Below, piece by piece: positions 11,026 to 20,916 of a stretch of DNA of 64,000 nt (within the stretch, counting starts at the first letter, position 1; each line of letters starts with the position of its first letter). The DNA is from Trueperaceae bacterium (lineage in GTDB: Bacteria; Deinococcota; Deinococci; Deinococcales; Trueperaceae): assembly GCA_965215565.1 (NCBI GenBank), contig CBDCDZ010000004.1:4096001-4160000 (forward strand). Direction: 5' to 3'. The notes beneath the pieces were generated by a model, which made no database searches, was not told where the DNA came from, and saw only the letters and a program-made list of their open reading frames with translations. Both the position numbers and the translations under genes were made by a program.

Positions 11026-12306
11026 TCAACTCATAAGCCCCATTTGCCGTCCATACGTTTCAACAACACGAACAGTGTTCTCGAGGCCACGCTCCTCTCG
11101 AATCGCCGCGCCGAGATGCGCCGCCTTGCGCTGCACCGCTTTATCGGTCGTAACGCGCTGAATGGCTTGGGCAAGCTTCTCTATGGTGAGGTCTTTGCGA
11201 GGAATAGGCGCAGGACCAACGCCCAACGCTTCCACCTGTCGTCCCCAAAACGGCTGATCGCCAAAAAAGGGAATGACCACGTTAGGGACACCCGCCCGCA
11301 AGCCAGCCGCCGTCGTACCTGCCCCGCCGTGATGGATAACAGCCGCCATGCGCGGGAAGAGCCAGGTGTGCGGCACGGCGTCACTCAGGTAGACGTTGCC
11401 CGGTAGGGTTTTGCTCATCAGACCGCCCCACCCTTTGAGCAGGACGGCTCGCTGTCCGGTGCGTTCTAACGCGCTCAGCACCAAGTCAGCGGTTTCTTCC
11501 GGGTTGCGGTTGCCCATGCTGCCGAAGCCGATGTAGAGGGGCGGCGGTCCAGCTTTCAGAAAGCTTTGTAACCCGGCGGGCGGCTGCCACTCGCTTTCGG
11601 GCTCTAAAAACCAATAGCCCGTCATGCGAATATCGGCGTTCCAGTCGGTTGGCTTGGGAATGACGCTCGGGCTAATGCCGTAGAGCATGGGTGCACGGGG
11701 CGTTTTCTTCTGCGGGCGCAGACCCCAGAAGGGCGCGGGGGGTAAGTCGAGTATCTGTCGCCTAGCGAGACGGTCGCCTGCCCTCGAGCTTTGCCACATC
11801 ACCTGCTGAACAAGGCGGTAGCTGAGGCGATTAGCGAACCCGCCGAGTTTAGGCGCATTCGCCGGGACGAGCGGATGGGGAAACTCGCGAGTTGGCGTGA
11901 ACGGTATGACGTAGGACTCGAGCAGCGGCAAGTTGAGCTTTTCAGATAAGGCTCGAGCCAAAAACAGCCCCCCGATTCCCGCGATGAGGAGGTCTACACC
12001 TTCAACCGCGCGTAGTGCGTCCCGCGCCCAGTCAACGGCGAGGGCTTGTGCCAGCTTTGCGGTGCGCTGGTTGATCTTGATGAAGTTTCCCTGTTCGAGT
12101 AGCTCGAGCATCTCCGGTGACTGAGCCACCTCTTGGACGTTGCCCTGCACGGACCAAAAGTCTAAGCCGTTCGCCCGCGCCGTGTCCTCAAAGTTTTCGT
12201 GGGTAATCAGGCGGACGCTGTGGTTGGCGTTTTTGAGGGCAGCGCCGAGTGCGAGGTAGGGTTGTACGTCCCCTTGCGAGCCCAATGAGATAAGTGCGAT
12301 GTTCAT
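11026..12306 (-). CDS. GT-B glycosyltransferase (GT1, sterol-glucosyltransferase-like)
   Basis: GSQGDVQPYLAL N-terminal motif, HHGGAGTT and PFFGDQPFWG. Confidence 0.92.
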   Translation of the reverse strand: MNIALISLGSQGDVQPYLALGAALKNANHSVRLITHENFEDTARANGLDFWSVQGNVQEVAQSPEMLELLEQGNFIKINQRTAKLAQALAVDWARDALRAVEGVDLLIAGIGGLFLARALSEKLNLPLLESYVIPFTPTREFPHPLVPANAPKLGGFANRLSYRLVQQVMWQSSRAGDRLARRQILDLPPAPFWGLRPQKKTPRAPMLYGISPSVIPKPTDWNADIRMTGYWFLEPESEWQPPAGLQSFLKAGPPPLYIGFGSMGNRNPEETADLVLSALERTGQRAVLLKGWGGLMSKTLPGNVYLSDAVPHTWLFPRMAAVIHHGGAGTTAAGLRAGVPNVVIPFFGDQPFWGRQVEALGVGPAPIPRKDLTIEKLAQAIQRVTTDKAVQRKAAHLGAAIREERGLENTVRVVETYGRQMGLMS

Positions 12307-12325
12307 AAAATGCTCCTATACTGAG

Positions 12326-12973
12326 TCATAATCTCACGCGGCGCAAAAGCACCTGACCTAAGAACGAAAGGAAGGGCAGCGTCGCAATCAAAACGACGAG
12401 TGCCGGTGAGGTCTCGAACAACCACCCGAGCAGTTGTTCGCCGAAAAGCGCCTGTGAAATCCAGAGTGCAGTGCCCAAAACGGCGCTTATAAAGTACTGC
12501 CGCCGCGTGTACCCCGTCAGCACGAAGAAGGCTTCTAAGATTGCGCCGGAGCCGAGCGTCAGCCTCGCCGCGAGCCCAACTTGGAAGGGATAGCGCCTCA
12601 CCCACGCGGCGAGCCGTTGCAACCAGCCGGGCCAAGACGCGCGGTACGCTGCCATAGAACCCCCTAGACGAACGAGGATAAGCGCCGTTATAAGTCCACC
12701 TAGCAGCGTCCCTGTAAACGATAGACTCCACACAACGCCCGGCGACCAAGTGACGGGCGCAAGTTCGATCACCACGCCGCTGAGATGAAGGGGAGCCGCC
12801 ACCATGCAGAGCAGGACGTAAACCAGCGGCGCGGCTCCTGCGGCGTTTTGAAGGGAAGTTTCAAGTAATCTCATCAACCAAAGAGGTTGTGCGGCGGCTA
12901 AAACGACACCGACGAGCGTTAAGCCCGCTGCCACCAGAAACAAGGTTTGTCCGATTTTGATATCACGTGTCAT
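12326..12973 (-). CDS. DedA/VTT-like membrane protein
   Basis: Multiple transmembrane segments; coupled to tetR; family call from overall pattern only. Confidence 0.55.
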   Translation of the reverse strand: MTRDIKIGQTLFLVAAGLTLVGVVLAAAQPLWLMRLLETSLQNAAGAAPLVYVLLCMVAAPLHLSGVVIELAPVTWSPGVVWSLSFTGTLLGGLITALILVRLGGSMAAYRASWPGWLQRLAAWVRRYPFQVGLAARLTLGSGAILEAFFVLTGYTRRQYFISAVLGTALWISQALFGEQLLGWLFETSPALVVLIATLPFLSFLGQVLLRRVRL

Positions 12974-13577
12974 GGGGCTCTATTCCGTTCATCAAGAGGT
13001 CAGCTAGGGTGTCTGGCAACTCGTCCCAAGCCTCGGTGAGTACGTCGTCTCCCAACACGCGCTGAACCAGCAAGCCGATGATGAGGCTCGAGATCATACG
13101 CATCGTCAGGTCACTGCGCTCAAACGTGACCCCGTTGCGCGTTGCCCACGTCTGTGCAAACTGCTCCGCCCCCTGAATCATAGGAGCGAGAAGCTGCGTA
13201 GAGAAACGCTCCCCGAGTTCTCGGTTGACCATGGCTTCGGACATCATCACCTTGAACAGCTCAAAGTCGTTCGCTGCAAACGCTTGCAAGGGCTGCTGAA
13301 CGTACAGCTTGAGGAAGCTGCGCAAGTCCAGCGCACGAAGCTCTGCCGGGTCAACGTTGCTCGACGCGGCCTCAGTCGTCTGGTCGAAGAGGCTCAGTAG
13401 CAGCTCGGATTTATTCTCGAAGTAGTTGTAAATCGTCCCGTCAGCGACGCCTGCTGTGCGGGCAATATCTTTAATGGTCGCGGCGTGAAACCCTTTTTCA
13501 GCAAAAACGTGAGCAGCGGCATTCAGAATGTGGGTTCTCTTGGCAGTGACGAGCTGGTCTTGCAGACTGTTATTCAT
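12963..13577 (-). CDS. TetR/AcrR family regulator
   Basis: [29 protein letters not shown] helix-turn-helix. Confidence 0.92.
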   Translation of the reverse strand: MNNSLQDQLVTAKRTHILNAAAHVFAEKGFHAATIKDIARTAGVADGTIYNYFENKSELLLSLFDQTTEAASSNVDPAELRALDLRSFLKLYVQQPLQAFAANDFELFKVMMSEAMVNRELGERFSTQLLAPMIQGAEQFAQTWATRNGVTFERSDLTMRMISSLIIGLLVQRVLGDDVLTEAWDELPDTLADLLMNGIEPHDT

Positions 13578-13607
13578 CGGTCTCCTTGGTAATGAACAAA
13601 CGCTCAA

Positions 13608-13656
13608 TTGAATGAACGTTCATTCAAATTGTAGGCTGAGATATTCCTGTTGTCAA
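13608..13656 (-). promoter_or_regulatory. Sigma70-type promoter with a perfect 20-bp palindromic operator
   Basis: TTGACA-N17-TACAAT on the minus strand (13656-13628); TTGAATGAACGTTCATTCAA at 13608-13627 covers the predicted start site. Confidence 0.8.
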
Positions 13657-13727
13657 CGGCTCGAGTCGCACCATCCCCAGACTCTTCAAATTTATTGTGT
13701 GTTCCATACGCCCGAGTCCAGCGGGGC

Positions 13728-13765
13728 GTAGAGGCATATAAAAATGCTGCATGAATCGCCCCTGC
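13728..13765. repeat. Degenerate GTAG-type REP-like element
   Basis: GTAGAGGC...TGCTGCATGAATCGCCCCTGC resembles 6185-6223. Confidence 0.45.
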
Positions 13766-13822
13766 TAACGTATAACTCGGAATGTCAGCGCCGCTCGAGC
13801 CTATACATTCCAAAGCGCACCG

Positions 13823-14656
13823 CTAGAGCGTCCGCACCGCCTCAACCCACCAACTCGGATACATCTCCTTAAACTTTGGCTCCACCTCCCCCGCGTGCGC
13901 CTCATCTCTCGCCAAGCCAAAACAGGTCGAGCCCGAGCCCGACATCATCACGCCGCGCAAACCTTCTAACCTAAGCGCCGTAATCACCTCTCGGATGTAG
14001 GGTTCGTGCAGCATCACGCCGGGTTGTAGTGCGTTGAGGTAGCCCGGTTCTTCACCCGCTTGCAAGTTTTTCAAGAGGTCGTCCAGCTTCAAACGGGGGC
14101 TGAAGTTCTGCAAGTTTTCATAGGCGCTTTTGGCGCTCACCTCTACACCGGGGTTGAGCAGAATAAGGTGAAGCTCAGGGAGGTTTACAGCCTCGAGCTT
14201 CTCCCCCCTACCTCTTGCTCTCGCTGCCGAAAGGTTACTGACGAAGAAAGGAACGTCCGAACCGAGCGCTTTAGCGAGTTGGAAGAGGTCGATATTATCC
14301 GCTGGATAGAGTTGGGAGAGTCCGCGCAAGACCGCGCCCGCGTCCGAGGAGCCACCACCTAAGCCCGCAGCGACGGGGATGCGCTTTTCAAGGGTAATAT
14401 GCACCCCTTTATCTTGTTGTGTTACCTCAAAATAGAGTCTGGCAGCGCGAAAGGCTAGGTTATCCTCTTGCTCGCCTAAGTCCGCGTCTTGTACATCTAA
14501 GGTAGTGGTTGAAGCGGGCTCGAGCCTCACCACATCGAATACACTGACCTTCGTCATCAGCGTATCGACTTCGTGGTAGCCGTCACCTCTCTTAGCAACG
14601 ACGTTGAGCCCTAGATTGACTTTAGCGTAAGCGTTGAGTTCCAAAGGTTTAGTCAC
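13823..14656 (-). CDS. ispE: 4-diphosphocytidyl-2-C-methyl-D-erythritol kinase
   Basis: AKVNLGL, KRIPVAAGLGGGSSDA and MSGSGSTCF motifs. Confidence 0.95.
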   Translation of the reverse strand: MTKPLELNAYAKVNLGLNVVAKRGDGYHEVDTLMTKVSVFDVVRLEPASTTTLDVQDADLGEQEDNLAFRAARLYFEVTQQDKGVHITLEKRIPVAAGLGGGSSDAGAVLRGLSQLYPADNIDLFQLAKALGSDVPFFVSNLSAARARGRGEKLEAVNLPELHLILLNPGVEVSAKSAYENLQNFSPRLKLDDLLKNLQAGEEPGYLNALQPGVMLHEPYIREVITALRLEGLRGVMMSGSGSTCFGLARDEAHAGEVEPKFKEMYPSWWVEAVRTL

Positions 14657-15308
14657 GTTGAGCGTCCCATACGGCAGCGAGAGCATTGGCTATTTCCAAG
14701 TCAGCGGGCGTCGTCACCTTCATGAGCCACTGACTTCCTTCAATTAGAGTAATAGAATGACCGAGCAAGCGAACCAGCCCAGCGTCATCCGTCGCTTCCG
14801 TGCGTTTAGAAAGTGCGTTTTGATGCGCCTTTACAATGACCTCTCGCTTAAATCCCTGTGGCGTCTGCACAGCTCGCAACTTCTGTCTGTCCACAACCTT
14901 GCCCGTCTCCGCTTGGATGAGCGTATCCGCCACGTTCATCACGACAGATGCCGCGCCGACACGCTCAACTTCTCCAATAATCTCTTGAATCACTCGAGTA
15001 CCCAAAAAAGGTCGCGCCGCGTCGTGAATCAGCACGAGATCGGCGGTTGTCGCGTTCAAGAGGTTGCGCACGCTCGCTTGCCGCGTTTCGCCGCCGAGTA
15101 CGAGCTTGACCTGCTCCCCGAATTGCCTTTTGACCGCCCCGCACATCTCCGGTGAAACCGCTACAACAATTTCGTCCACCTGATTTTCAAAGGCTTGCAC
15201 CGAACGCTGCAACAAACTCTTTCCTTTAACTTCAACTAATGCTTTGTGACCTCTTCCCAAACGTGTCCCCGTACCCGCAGCAGGGATGAGCGCCGCTGTT
15301 CTCGTCAC
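14649..15308 (-). CDS. ispD: 2-C-methyl-D-erythritol 4-phosphate cytidylyltransferase
   Basis: PAAGTGTRLG, IHDAARP, QTPQGF and KVTTPADL motifs. Confidence 0.95.
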   Translation of the reverse strand: MTRTAALIPAAGTGTRLGRGHKALVEVKGKSLLQRSVQAFENQVDEIVVAVSPEMCGAVKRQFGEQVKLVLGGETRQASVRNLLNATTADLVLIHDAARPFLGTRVIQEIIGEVERVGAASVVMNVADTLIQAETGKVVDRQKLRAVQTPQGFKREVIVKAHQNALSKRTEATDDAGLVRLLGHSITLIEGSQWLMKVTTPADLEIANALAAVWDAQRD

Positions 15309-15883
15309 ACGCTCTCCTTCCAGCGCGGCGAGCGGGCGTTGTCTATCCCTAAGAGGTCGAGCGTGCGGGCGGTGACGCCGCTGATGAGTTCGTCAATCGT
15401 TTCGGGACGGTGATAGAAACCGGGGGAGGCGGGCATAATAGCTGCGCCCGCGTCGTGTGCGGCGAGCATGTTTTGGAGCATCGGGCGGGAGAAGGGCGCT
15501 TCGCGGAGGACCAATACAAGAGGTCGGCGCTCCTTCAAGGTCACGTGGGCGACTCTGGACAAGAGGTTGTCCGCCATGCCTTGCGCGACTTTTGCGAGCG
15601 TCCCCGCTGAGCAAGGGTTGACAATCATGCCCACTGTGCGAAACGAACCTGAAGAGATGGCTGCGCCTAAGTCCGTGTCTTTGTAAGACACATCGGCTAG
15701 GGCTTCAAGTTCTAAAGCTGTCTCGTCAAGCTCGGAGGGAATCACCTGTTTGGCTCCGTTGGTAATGACGACGTGCGCTTCCACGGGCAAATCTCGGAGC
15801 GTTTTCAAGAGGTCGAGCGCGTAAATCATGCCGCTGCCACCGCTGACGCCAACGACGATGCGGGGGGGTAGCTCGAGCTTCAC
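15305..15883 (-). CDS. ubiX: Flavin prenyltransferase UbiX
   Basis: GVSGGSG, ISSGSF, PCSAGTLA, LKERRPLVL and PGFYHRP motifs. Confidence 0.93.
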   Translation of the reverse strand: MKLELPPRIVVGVSGGSGMIYALDLLKTLRDLPVEAHVVITNGAKQVIPSELDETALELEALADVSYKDTDLGAAISSGSFRTVGMIVNPCSAGTLAKVAQGMADNLLSRVAHVTLKERRPLVLVLREAPFSRPMLQNMLAAHDAGAAIMPASPGFYHRPETIDELISGVTARTLDLLGIDNARSPRWKESV

Positions 15884-16048
15884 AGCGTCGCCCTAAGAAG
15901 AAAGATGGATTCTGTCACCACTTCACCATACCGCGCTAAGTGAGAGGTTTGCCATGTACGGTGTGAGAGACTATGGCGCGCTGGGCTCAACCTCTTTGTG
16001 TGAATTCTCCAAATACCTTTCGCCACCGGCGAGGCGCTAAGCTAGGGT

Positions 16049-16444
16049 ATGGCTCGCGAACAAGGTATGACGTATGAGAGATTTAAGGAAACCGTCGAAG
16101 AAATGGTAGCAGAGATTCCCGAGGAATTTATGGAGGGGCTCCAAGGTGTTCACGTCTTAGAGCACATCAGGCGAGAAGAACACTATGAAGACGTAGTGCG
16201 TCTGGGCGAATACTTGGACCCCGGACCCGAGAGTTTCTTGGGTGGCAACGGCTTAGGGCGGCACATCGCGCTCTATTACGGCTCGTTTAGGGATATCGCT
16301 GCGGGCGAGCCCAACTTCGACTGGGAAGAGGAGGTGTGGGAGACCTTGACGCACGAGCTGAGGCATCACGTCGAGTCGTTAGCTGGGGACGTGAGTTTGA
16401 TTGAAGAGGACGTGCAGCGGGCGAAGGAGTTCAAGCGGCGCTAA
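16049..16444 (+). CDS. Zincin-like metallopeptidase family protein
   Basis: TLTHELRHH (HExxH) motif; small acidic protein. Confidence 0.75.
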   Translation: MAREQGMTYERFKETVEEMVAEIPEEFMEGLQGVHVLEHIRREEHYEDVVRLGEYLDPGPESFLGGNGLGRHIALYYGSFRDIAAGEPNFDWEEEVWETLTHELRHHVESLAGDVSLIEEDVQRAKEFKRR

Positions 16445-16465
16445 CGTGAAGACGTCAACACGTCA

Positions 16466-16493
16466 GTAGGGGTGATTCATGAATCACCCCTAC
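16466..16493. repeat. Perfect 28-bp GTAG-type REP palindrome between convergent genes
   Basis: GTAGGGGTGATTCATGAATCACCCCTAC. Confidence 0.75.
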
Positions 16494-16522
16494 ACCGTCA
16501 AGCATTATCTTTCAGTTGAAAC

Positions 16523-17875
16523 TTAATCTAGGAAATCTCTTAGCTTGCGCGTTCTCGACTCGTGGTACTTGAGCTTGCGGAGCGCTTTGTTTTCAATTTG
16601 GCGGATGCGCTCTCTCGTCACGCCGAAGTGTGAGCCTACCTCTTCTAAGGTGTGCTCGCGTCCGTCCACTAAGCCCTTACGGAACTTCAAGACCATCGAC
16701 TCGCGCTCGGTGAGCTTGTCCAAGGCTTTGTCCAGCTCTTCGGACAGGAGCGTTTTGCTGGCTTGCTCGACGGGCGACTCGACGTTTTCGTCGGGGATAA
16801 AGTCGCCGTAGAAGGAGTCCTTTTCGTCGCCGATAGGCGTCTCGAGTGAGACGGGCTCCTGCGAGACCTTGAAGACCTCTTCGACCTTTTCGGCGTTCCA
16901 GCCCGGACCCATCGCGTCAGCTACCTCTTCGTAGGTGGGCTCACGGGAGAGTTCTTGCTGGAGTTGCCGCGCAGTGCGGGTCAGCTTGTTGATGGTCTCG
17001 ACCATGTGCACGGGGATGCGAATCGTGCGGGCTTGATCGGCGATGGCGCGGTTGATCGCTTGGCGAATCCACCACGTCGCGTAGGTGGAGAACTTGTAGC
17101 GGCGGCGGTACTCGAACTTCTCGACGGCGCGAATGAGTCCCTGGTTGCCCTCCTGGATGAGGTCCAAAAAGGAGAGCCCGCGCCCGGTGTACTTCTTGGC
17201 GATAGAAACCACTAAGCGGAGGTTCGCCTCGATGAGGTGCTGCCGCGCCATTTCACCGTCTTCGACGACGCGCCGCAGCCCGCGCTGGGTGCGCTCGGGG
17301 AGGTTGTCGGCTTCCTCTTCCAGCCGCTCCTGCGCCGCTTCGCCCTCTTCGATGCGCCGCGCCAAGGAGATTTCCTCCTCTAACGAGAGCAGGCTGACGC
17401 GCCCGATCTCGTGGAGGTACTGGCGCACAGGGTCGTTTGTCGAGAGCCGACTACCCGCCATCGCCTCGGCGCGCGCCTCTAGCGCTTCGGTGTCCACGCT
17501 GTCGTCGATATCTTTGATATCGTCTACGTCGTCGAACTCGTCCTCGTCGATGATCTCGTCCTCGGAGAGGTCGGCAATTTCGATGTTTTTGGACTCCAAA
17601 ACCTTCATCAGGTCTTCGAAGTTCTCGTTTTCGCCGTTTAAGTCCAAAGACTCTAGCGCCTGGTTAAAGGCGGTGCTGATCTCTTCGGTGTTTAAGGAGC
17701 CCTCTTTTTGCCCCGACGCGATGAGCTTCTGAATCTGCGGGGTCTCGAGCCACGTGGGGCTAGGCACTGCCCCCTTCACCGCCTCTTTCGCTGCGGCTGT
17801 TTTCGTCGCTTTTTTAGTTTTTGCTTTGGTTTTGCTCGGGGTTTTAGTTGAGGTTTTTGCCGATTTAACTGCCAT
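16523..17875 (-). CDS. rpoD: RNA polymerase primary sigma factor
   Basis: [37 protein letters not shown] and region 4 [18 protein letters not shown] before ATG 17875. Confidence 0.97.
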   Translation of the reverse strand: MAVKSAKTSTKTPSKTKAKTKKATKTAAAKEAVKGAVPSPTWLETPQIQKLIASGQKEGSLNTEEISTAFNQALESLDLNGENENFEDLMKVLESKNIEIADLSEDEIIDEDEFDDVDDIKDIDDSVDTEALEARAEAMAGSRLSTNDPVRQYLHEIGRVSLLSLEEEISLARRIEEGEAAQERLEEEADNLPERTQRGLRRVVEDGEMARQHLIEANLRLVVSIAKKYTGRGLSFLDLIQEGNQGLIRAVEKFEYRRRYKFSTYATWWIRQAINRAIADQARTIRIPVHMVETINKLTRTARQLQQELSREPTYEEVADAMGPGWNAEKVEEVFKVSQEPVSLETPIGDEKDSFYGDFIPDENVESPVEQASKTLLSEELDKALDKLTERESMVLKFRKGLVDGREHTLEEVGSHFGVTRERIRQIENKALRKLKYHESRTRKLRDFLD

Positions 17876-18130
17876 TACGCCTCCTCGAGAGGGTAGCCAT
17901 AAAGTGGTGCAGGTTGAGTCGCTCGTCAACGTTCGCTGAGTTGTAAACAGGGATGTTAAGAATAGGCGTCTTCACGCTCTCTTTAGTGTAAGTCAACATG
18001 AAGGGCGGGCATGTAGTCTACACAGCAAATTCTTATGTTAGCACAACCCGCGCGGTGTGTAAAGGTTCACAGAGGGAATCTTTAACCTTATGTCACGCTT
18101 CTCACCACCCCAAACTGCTACATTAAAAGG

Positions 18131-18688
18131 GTGCTGAAACTTACTGCTACCGCTTTAGCTGTTACCGTCGTCGCTCTTCTCGTTGTCGCGCTGCTGCCTC
18201 AACAGGAGCGCACCGTTCCCGGCGAGATCATCGAACTGAGCGGCGCTGCCGTCACGCTCTACCCCGAAGCTGACCCCGAAGCCGTCTGGTACTTCGACGC
18301 GGACACCGTGGACTATGACCCGGCGCTCGGCGAGACGACGCTCTACGACGTCGACGACGCCCGCCGCACAGTGGATGACGAGACTGACTTCACGCTCCAA
18401 GCCGAAGAGGTGGTCATCGACCCTGAAGACAACTTGCGCGGCGAAAGGATGCTCGTGCACCTCGTCGAAGCCAACTGGGACCTCACGATGCAGGCGGGTG
18501 AGGAGCGCCAAGTCCTCATCGATCAGGCCGAGGGCAAGTTCGAGGTGCCTATCCTGGACTACACGGGCGACGGTCTGGGTCAGAACCACGCCGAGGGCGT
18601 CCGCATGAATTTCGACCTCACCGACTACGAGGCTAACTGCGAGGGCGCGAAGTGCCAGAACGAATTTCGGGATCAGGAAGCGCAGTGA
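18131..18688 (+). CDS. LptC-like single-pass membrane protein
   Basis: N-terminal transmembrane segment and beta-rich body; precedes two LptA/OstA-like genes. Confidence 0.5.
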   Translation: MLKLTATALAVTVVALLVVALLPQQERTVPGEIIELSGAAVTLYPEADPEAVWYFDADTVDYDPALGETTLYDVDDARRTVDDETDFTLQAEEVVIDPEDNLRGERMLVHLVEANWDLTMQAGEERQVLIDQAEGKFEVPILDYTGDGLGQNHAEGVRMNFDLTDYEANCEGAKCQNEFRDQEAQ

Positions 18689-18716
18689 GTTGGATAGGCG
18701 TCCAAAAACAGTCGTT

Positions 18717-18895
18717 TCAGTACCTTCAAAACACGCTGAAATAGACCCGCGCAGCTATCATTTTCGGGAGTGCGCTCCAAAGTAGAGTTTTGTAAAGTAA
18801 GCGCGTTCGTGACTAGATAAACGCGCGAAGCTTCCGATTACGCAGTGTTCCGAAGGAAAAGAACCTGCTACTCATTGACCAGATGATACCTGCTA
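18717..18895 (+). repeat. Repeat family A, copy 5 (degenerate, with a doubled right end)
   Basis: Diverged body, then ACCTGCTA (18863-18870) and TGACCAGATGATACCTGCTA (18876-18895). Confidence 0.7.
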
Positions 18896-18928
18896 TCTAC
18901 CAAATGTACCTACTATAAGGAGTTCGCC

Positions 18929-19969
18929 ATGCTTAAAGCGTTACGCACAACCTCGCTCTTCTTCCTGCTCGTTACGAGCCTCTTCGCCCTTGCTCAAGAT
19001 ACCGGTGGGCAGAGCGGTGGTTTCGACATAAGACAGGGGGAGCCCGCTCAGAACCCCGACGAACAGGAGACCGAAGCGGAAAACGCCCAGGACGACGCGC
19101 AAGAGGCAGCCGAGGAGCGCATCATCAACATCGACTTTAGCGGCGGCTCGCAGCGTAGCGAGAGCTTGCGCTTCGGTCCTCTGGTCTACACGCACCCCGA
19201 CCCCGAAGGGCTCGTCGCGACGGTCTCTAACCTCACGATCTACGCCCAAAACGCCCAACTGAGCGCGCCCGAAGAGGTGCTCATCGCGCAAGCGGAAGGG
19301 CAGCGTGAGGCTGAATTCACGGGCGGCGTGCGCGTGGTGCGGGGGCGCTTGACCGCCACCGGACCCGACCTCGTCTACAGCGAAGCGACGGGTTTGGGCG
19401 TAATGCCCTCGGAGACCGCCATCGTGGTGACGCCCGCCGAAGAGGGTCCCGAAGAGGATAGGGTCCCTGTCAACATCAGCGCGAACGAGGTCACCTTCGA
19501 CGTGGATACTGACACGAGCATCAGCCGGGGTGATGTAACGCTTGTCAACGGCAACCAGAGCGCCCAAGCGCAGGAGCTAACCTTCGAAGAGGGGCGCGAT
19601 TTGGCGCGGCTCTCGAGCCAAAGCGAGCAGGTCACCGCCCGCCGCGAGAGCGAAGACGGCGTCTTGACCATCACCGCCGACGTGATTCGCACGAATACCG
19701 CCAACGACACCCTCTTAGCGACGGGCAACGTGACCATCGTAGACGGCGACATCACCAGCACGGGCGACACGGTATATTTCAACGATGAGGCGTCCCGCGC
19801 CGAGGTCATCGGCTCGCCTGCGAGGTCCGTCAACGAGGCGCAAGGCGTGACGTTGACGGGCGCGCGGCTCGAGCAGCGCACCGACTTAGACGTGGTGCGC
19901 GTTCTGGACGAGTCCGTCCCGGCTGAGTTTGACCCCGCGCAGTTCAGCCTCACGAACGAAGGGAACTAA
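18929..19969 (+). CDS. LptA/OstA family secreted beta-jellyroll protein
   Basis: Signal peptide and repeated jellyroll-like strands (TGGVRVVRG, ATGNVTIVDG). Confidence 0.7.
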   Translation: MLKALRTTSLFFLLVTSLFALAQDTGGQSGGFDIRQGEPAQNPDEQETEAENAQDDAQEAAEERIINIDFSGGSQRSESLRFGPLVYTHPDPEGLVATVSNLTIYAQNAQLSAPEEVLIAQAEGQREAEFTGGVRVVRGRLTATGPDLVYSEATGLGVMPSETAIVVTPAEEGPEEDRVPVNISANEVTFDVDTDTSISRGDVTLVNGNQSAQAQELTFEEGRDLARLSSQSEQVTARRESEDGVLTITADVIRTNTANDTLLATGNVTIVDGDITSTGDTVYFNDEASRAEVIGSPARSVNEAQGVTLTGARLEQRTDLDVVRVLDESVPAEFDPAQFSLTNEGN

Positions 19970-19974
19970 ACGAG

Positions 19975-20916
19975 ATGGGCGCTAACCTCAAACTTCTAGT
20001 CTTCCTCGCCGGACTTTTAGGCTTAGCGCTCGCTCAAGACGCGCCTTTGACGCGCTCGCAACTCACCATAGACCGCAACGACAGCGAGATTCGCGTGATT
20101 CAAAATGGCAGAAGTGATCAGGGCGCGGAGTTTATCCCGAGCAACCCAGGGTGCGAAGAGGGCAACAGCTTAGGCGTCGTCTACGCGCCGCCGCCTGGCT
20201 TCGTTGAGACTTTGGTCAACGACACGCGCATCGTCTCGACGGTGGCGTTCCTCAGACGTCCCGACGGCACCGAGGACGAGGAGACGTTGGAACTCTTCGA
20301 CGGCTCTTTAGACCTCGACCCCGCCACGCTCTGCCCGACGAATGTGCAGCGCACCGAAGAGACCATCACCGTGACGGAGGGGCGCACTACGACGACGGGC
20401 AGAGCGTTCTTCTACAACAATGCCACGGGCATCGGCAACATGGACGGACCCATCGATTTGGCGCGCGCCGAAGAGGGCGAGTCGCCCGCGCTCACAGCAA
20501 GCTCGAGAAGCTTAGCCTTTGATGTAGACAGCGACCTCACCACCCTACAAGGAGGCGTCGAAGTGGAGTCGGACGGGCGCGTGAGTCGCGCGCAGAGGCT
20601 CGAGCTGGACGAAGAGACGGGCTTCGCCGTACTGACGGGCAGCCCCGCTACGAGCGAGGACGAAGAGGGCACCGTCTCGGGTGAGCTTATCGAGTACGAC
20701 CTCGACAGTAACGACGTGGTGGTGCGCGGCGAGGGCAGCGTGCGGGCGTCTCTAAATATCGACTTGGGCGACGCCGAGCCGGGTAGCGAGACGGGCGGCT
20801 CCGCACCTGGGGAGGACTTGGATGAGGACTTGGGCGAGGAAGGCGGCGACGATAGCGGCGAAGACAATAGTGGCGACGATGATGACGAAAACGGCCCGGA
20901 CGATCCCTTCGACTGA
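19975..20916 (+). CDS. LptA/OstA family secreted protein with acidic tail
   Basis: Signal peptide; LQGGVEVES, LTGSPA and GELIEYDLD strands. Confidence 0.7.
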   Translation: MGANLKLLVFLAGLLGLALAQDAPLTRSQLTIDRNDSEIRVIQNGRSDQGAEFIPSNPGCEEGNSLGVVYAPPPGFVETLVNDTRIVSTVAFLRRPDGTEDEETLELFDGSLDLDPATLCPTNVQRTEETITVTEGRTTTTGRAFFYNNATGIGNMDGPIDLARAEEGESPALTASSRSLAFDVDSDLTTLQGGVEVESDGRVSRAQRLELDEETGFAVLTGSPATSEDEEGTVSGELIEYDLDSNDVVVRGEGSVRASLNIDLGDAEPGSETGGSAPGEDLDEDLGEEGGDDSGEDNSGDDDDENGPDDPFD

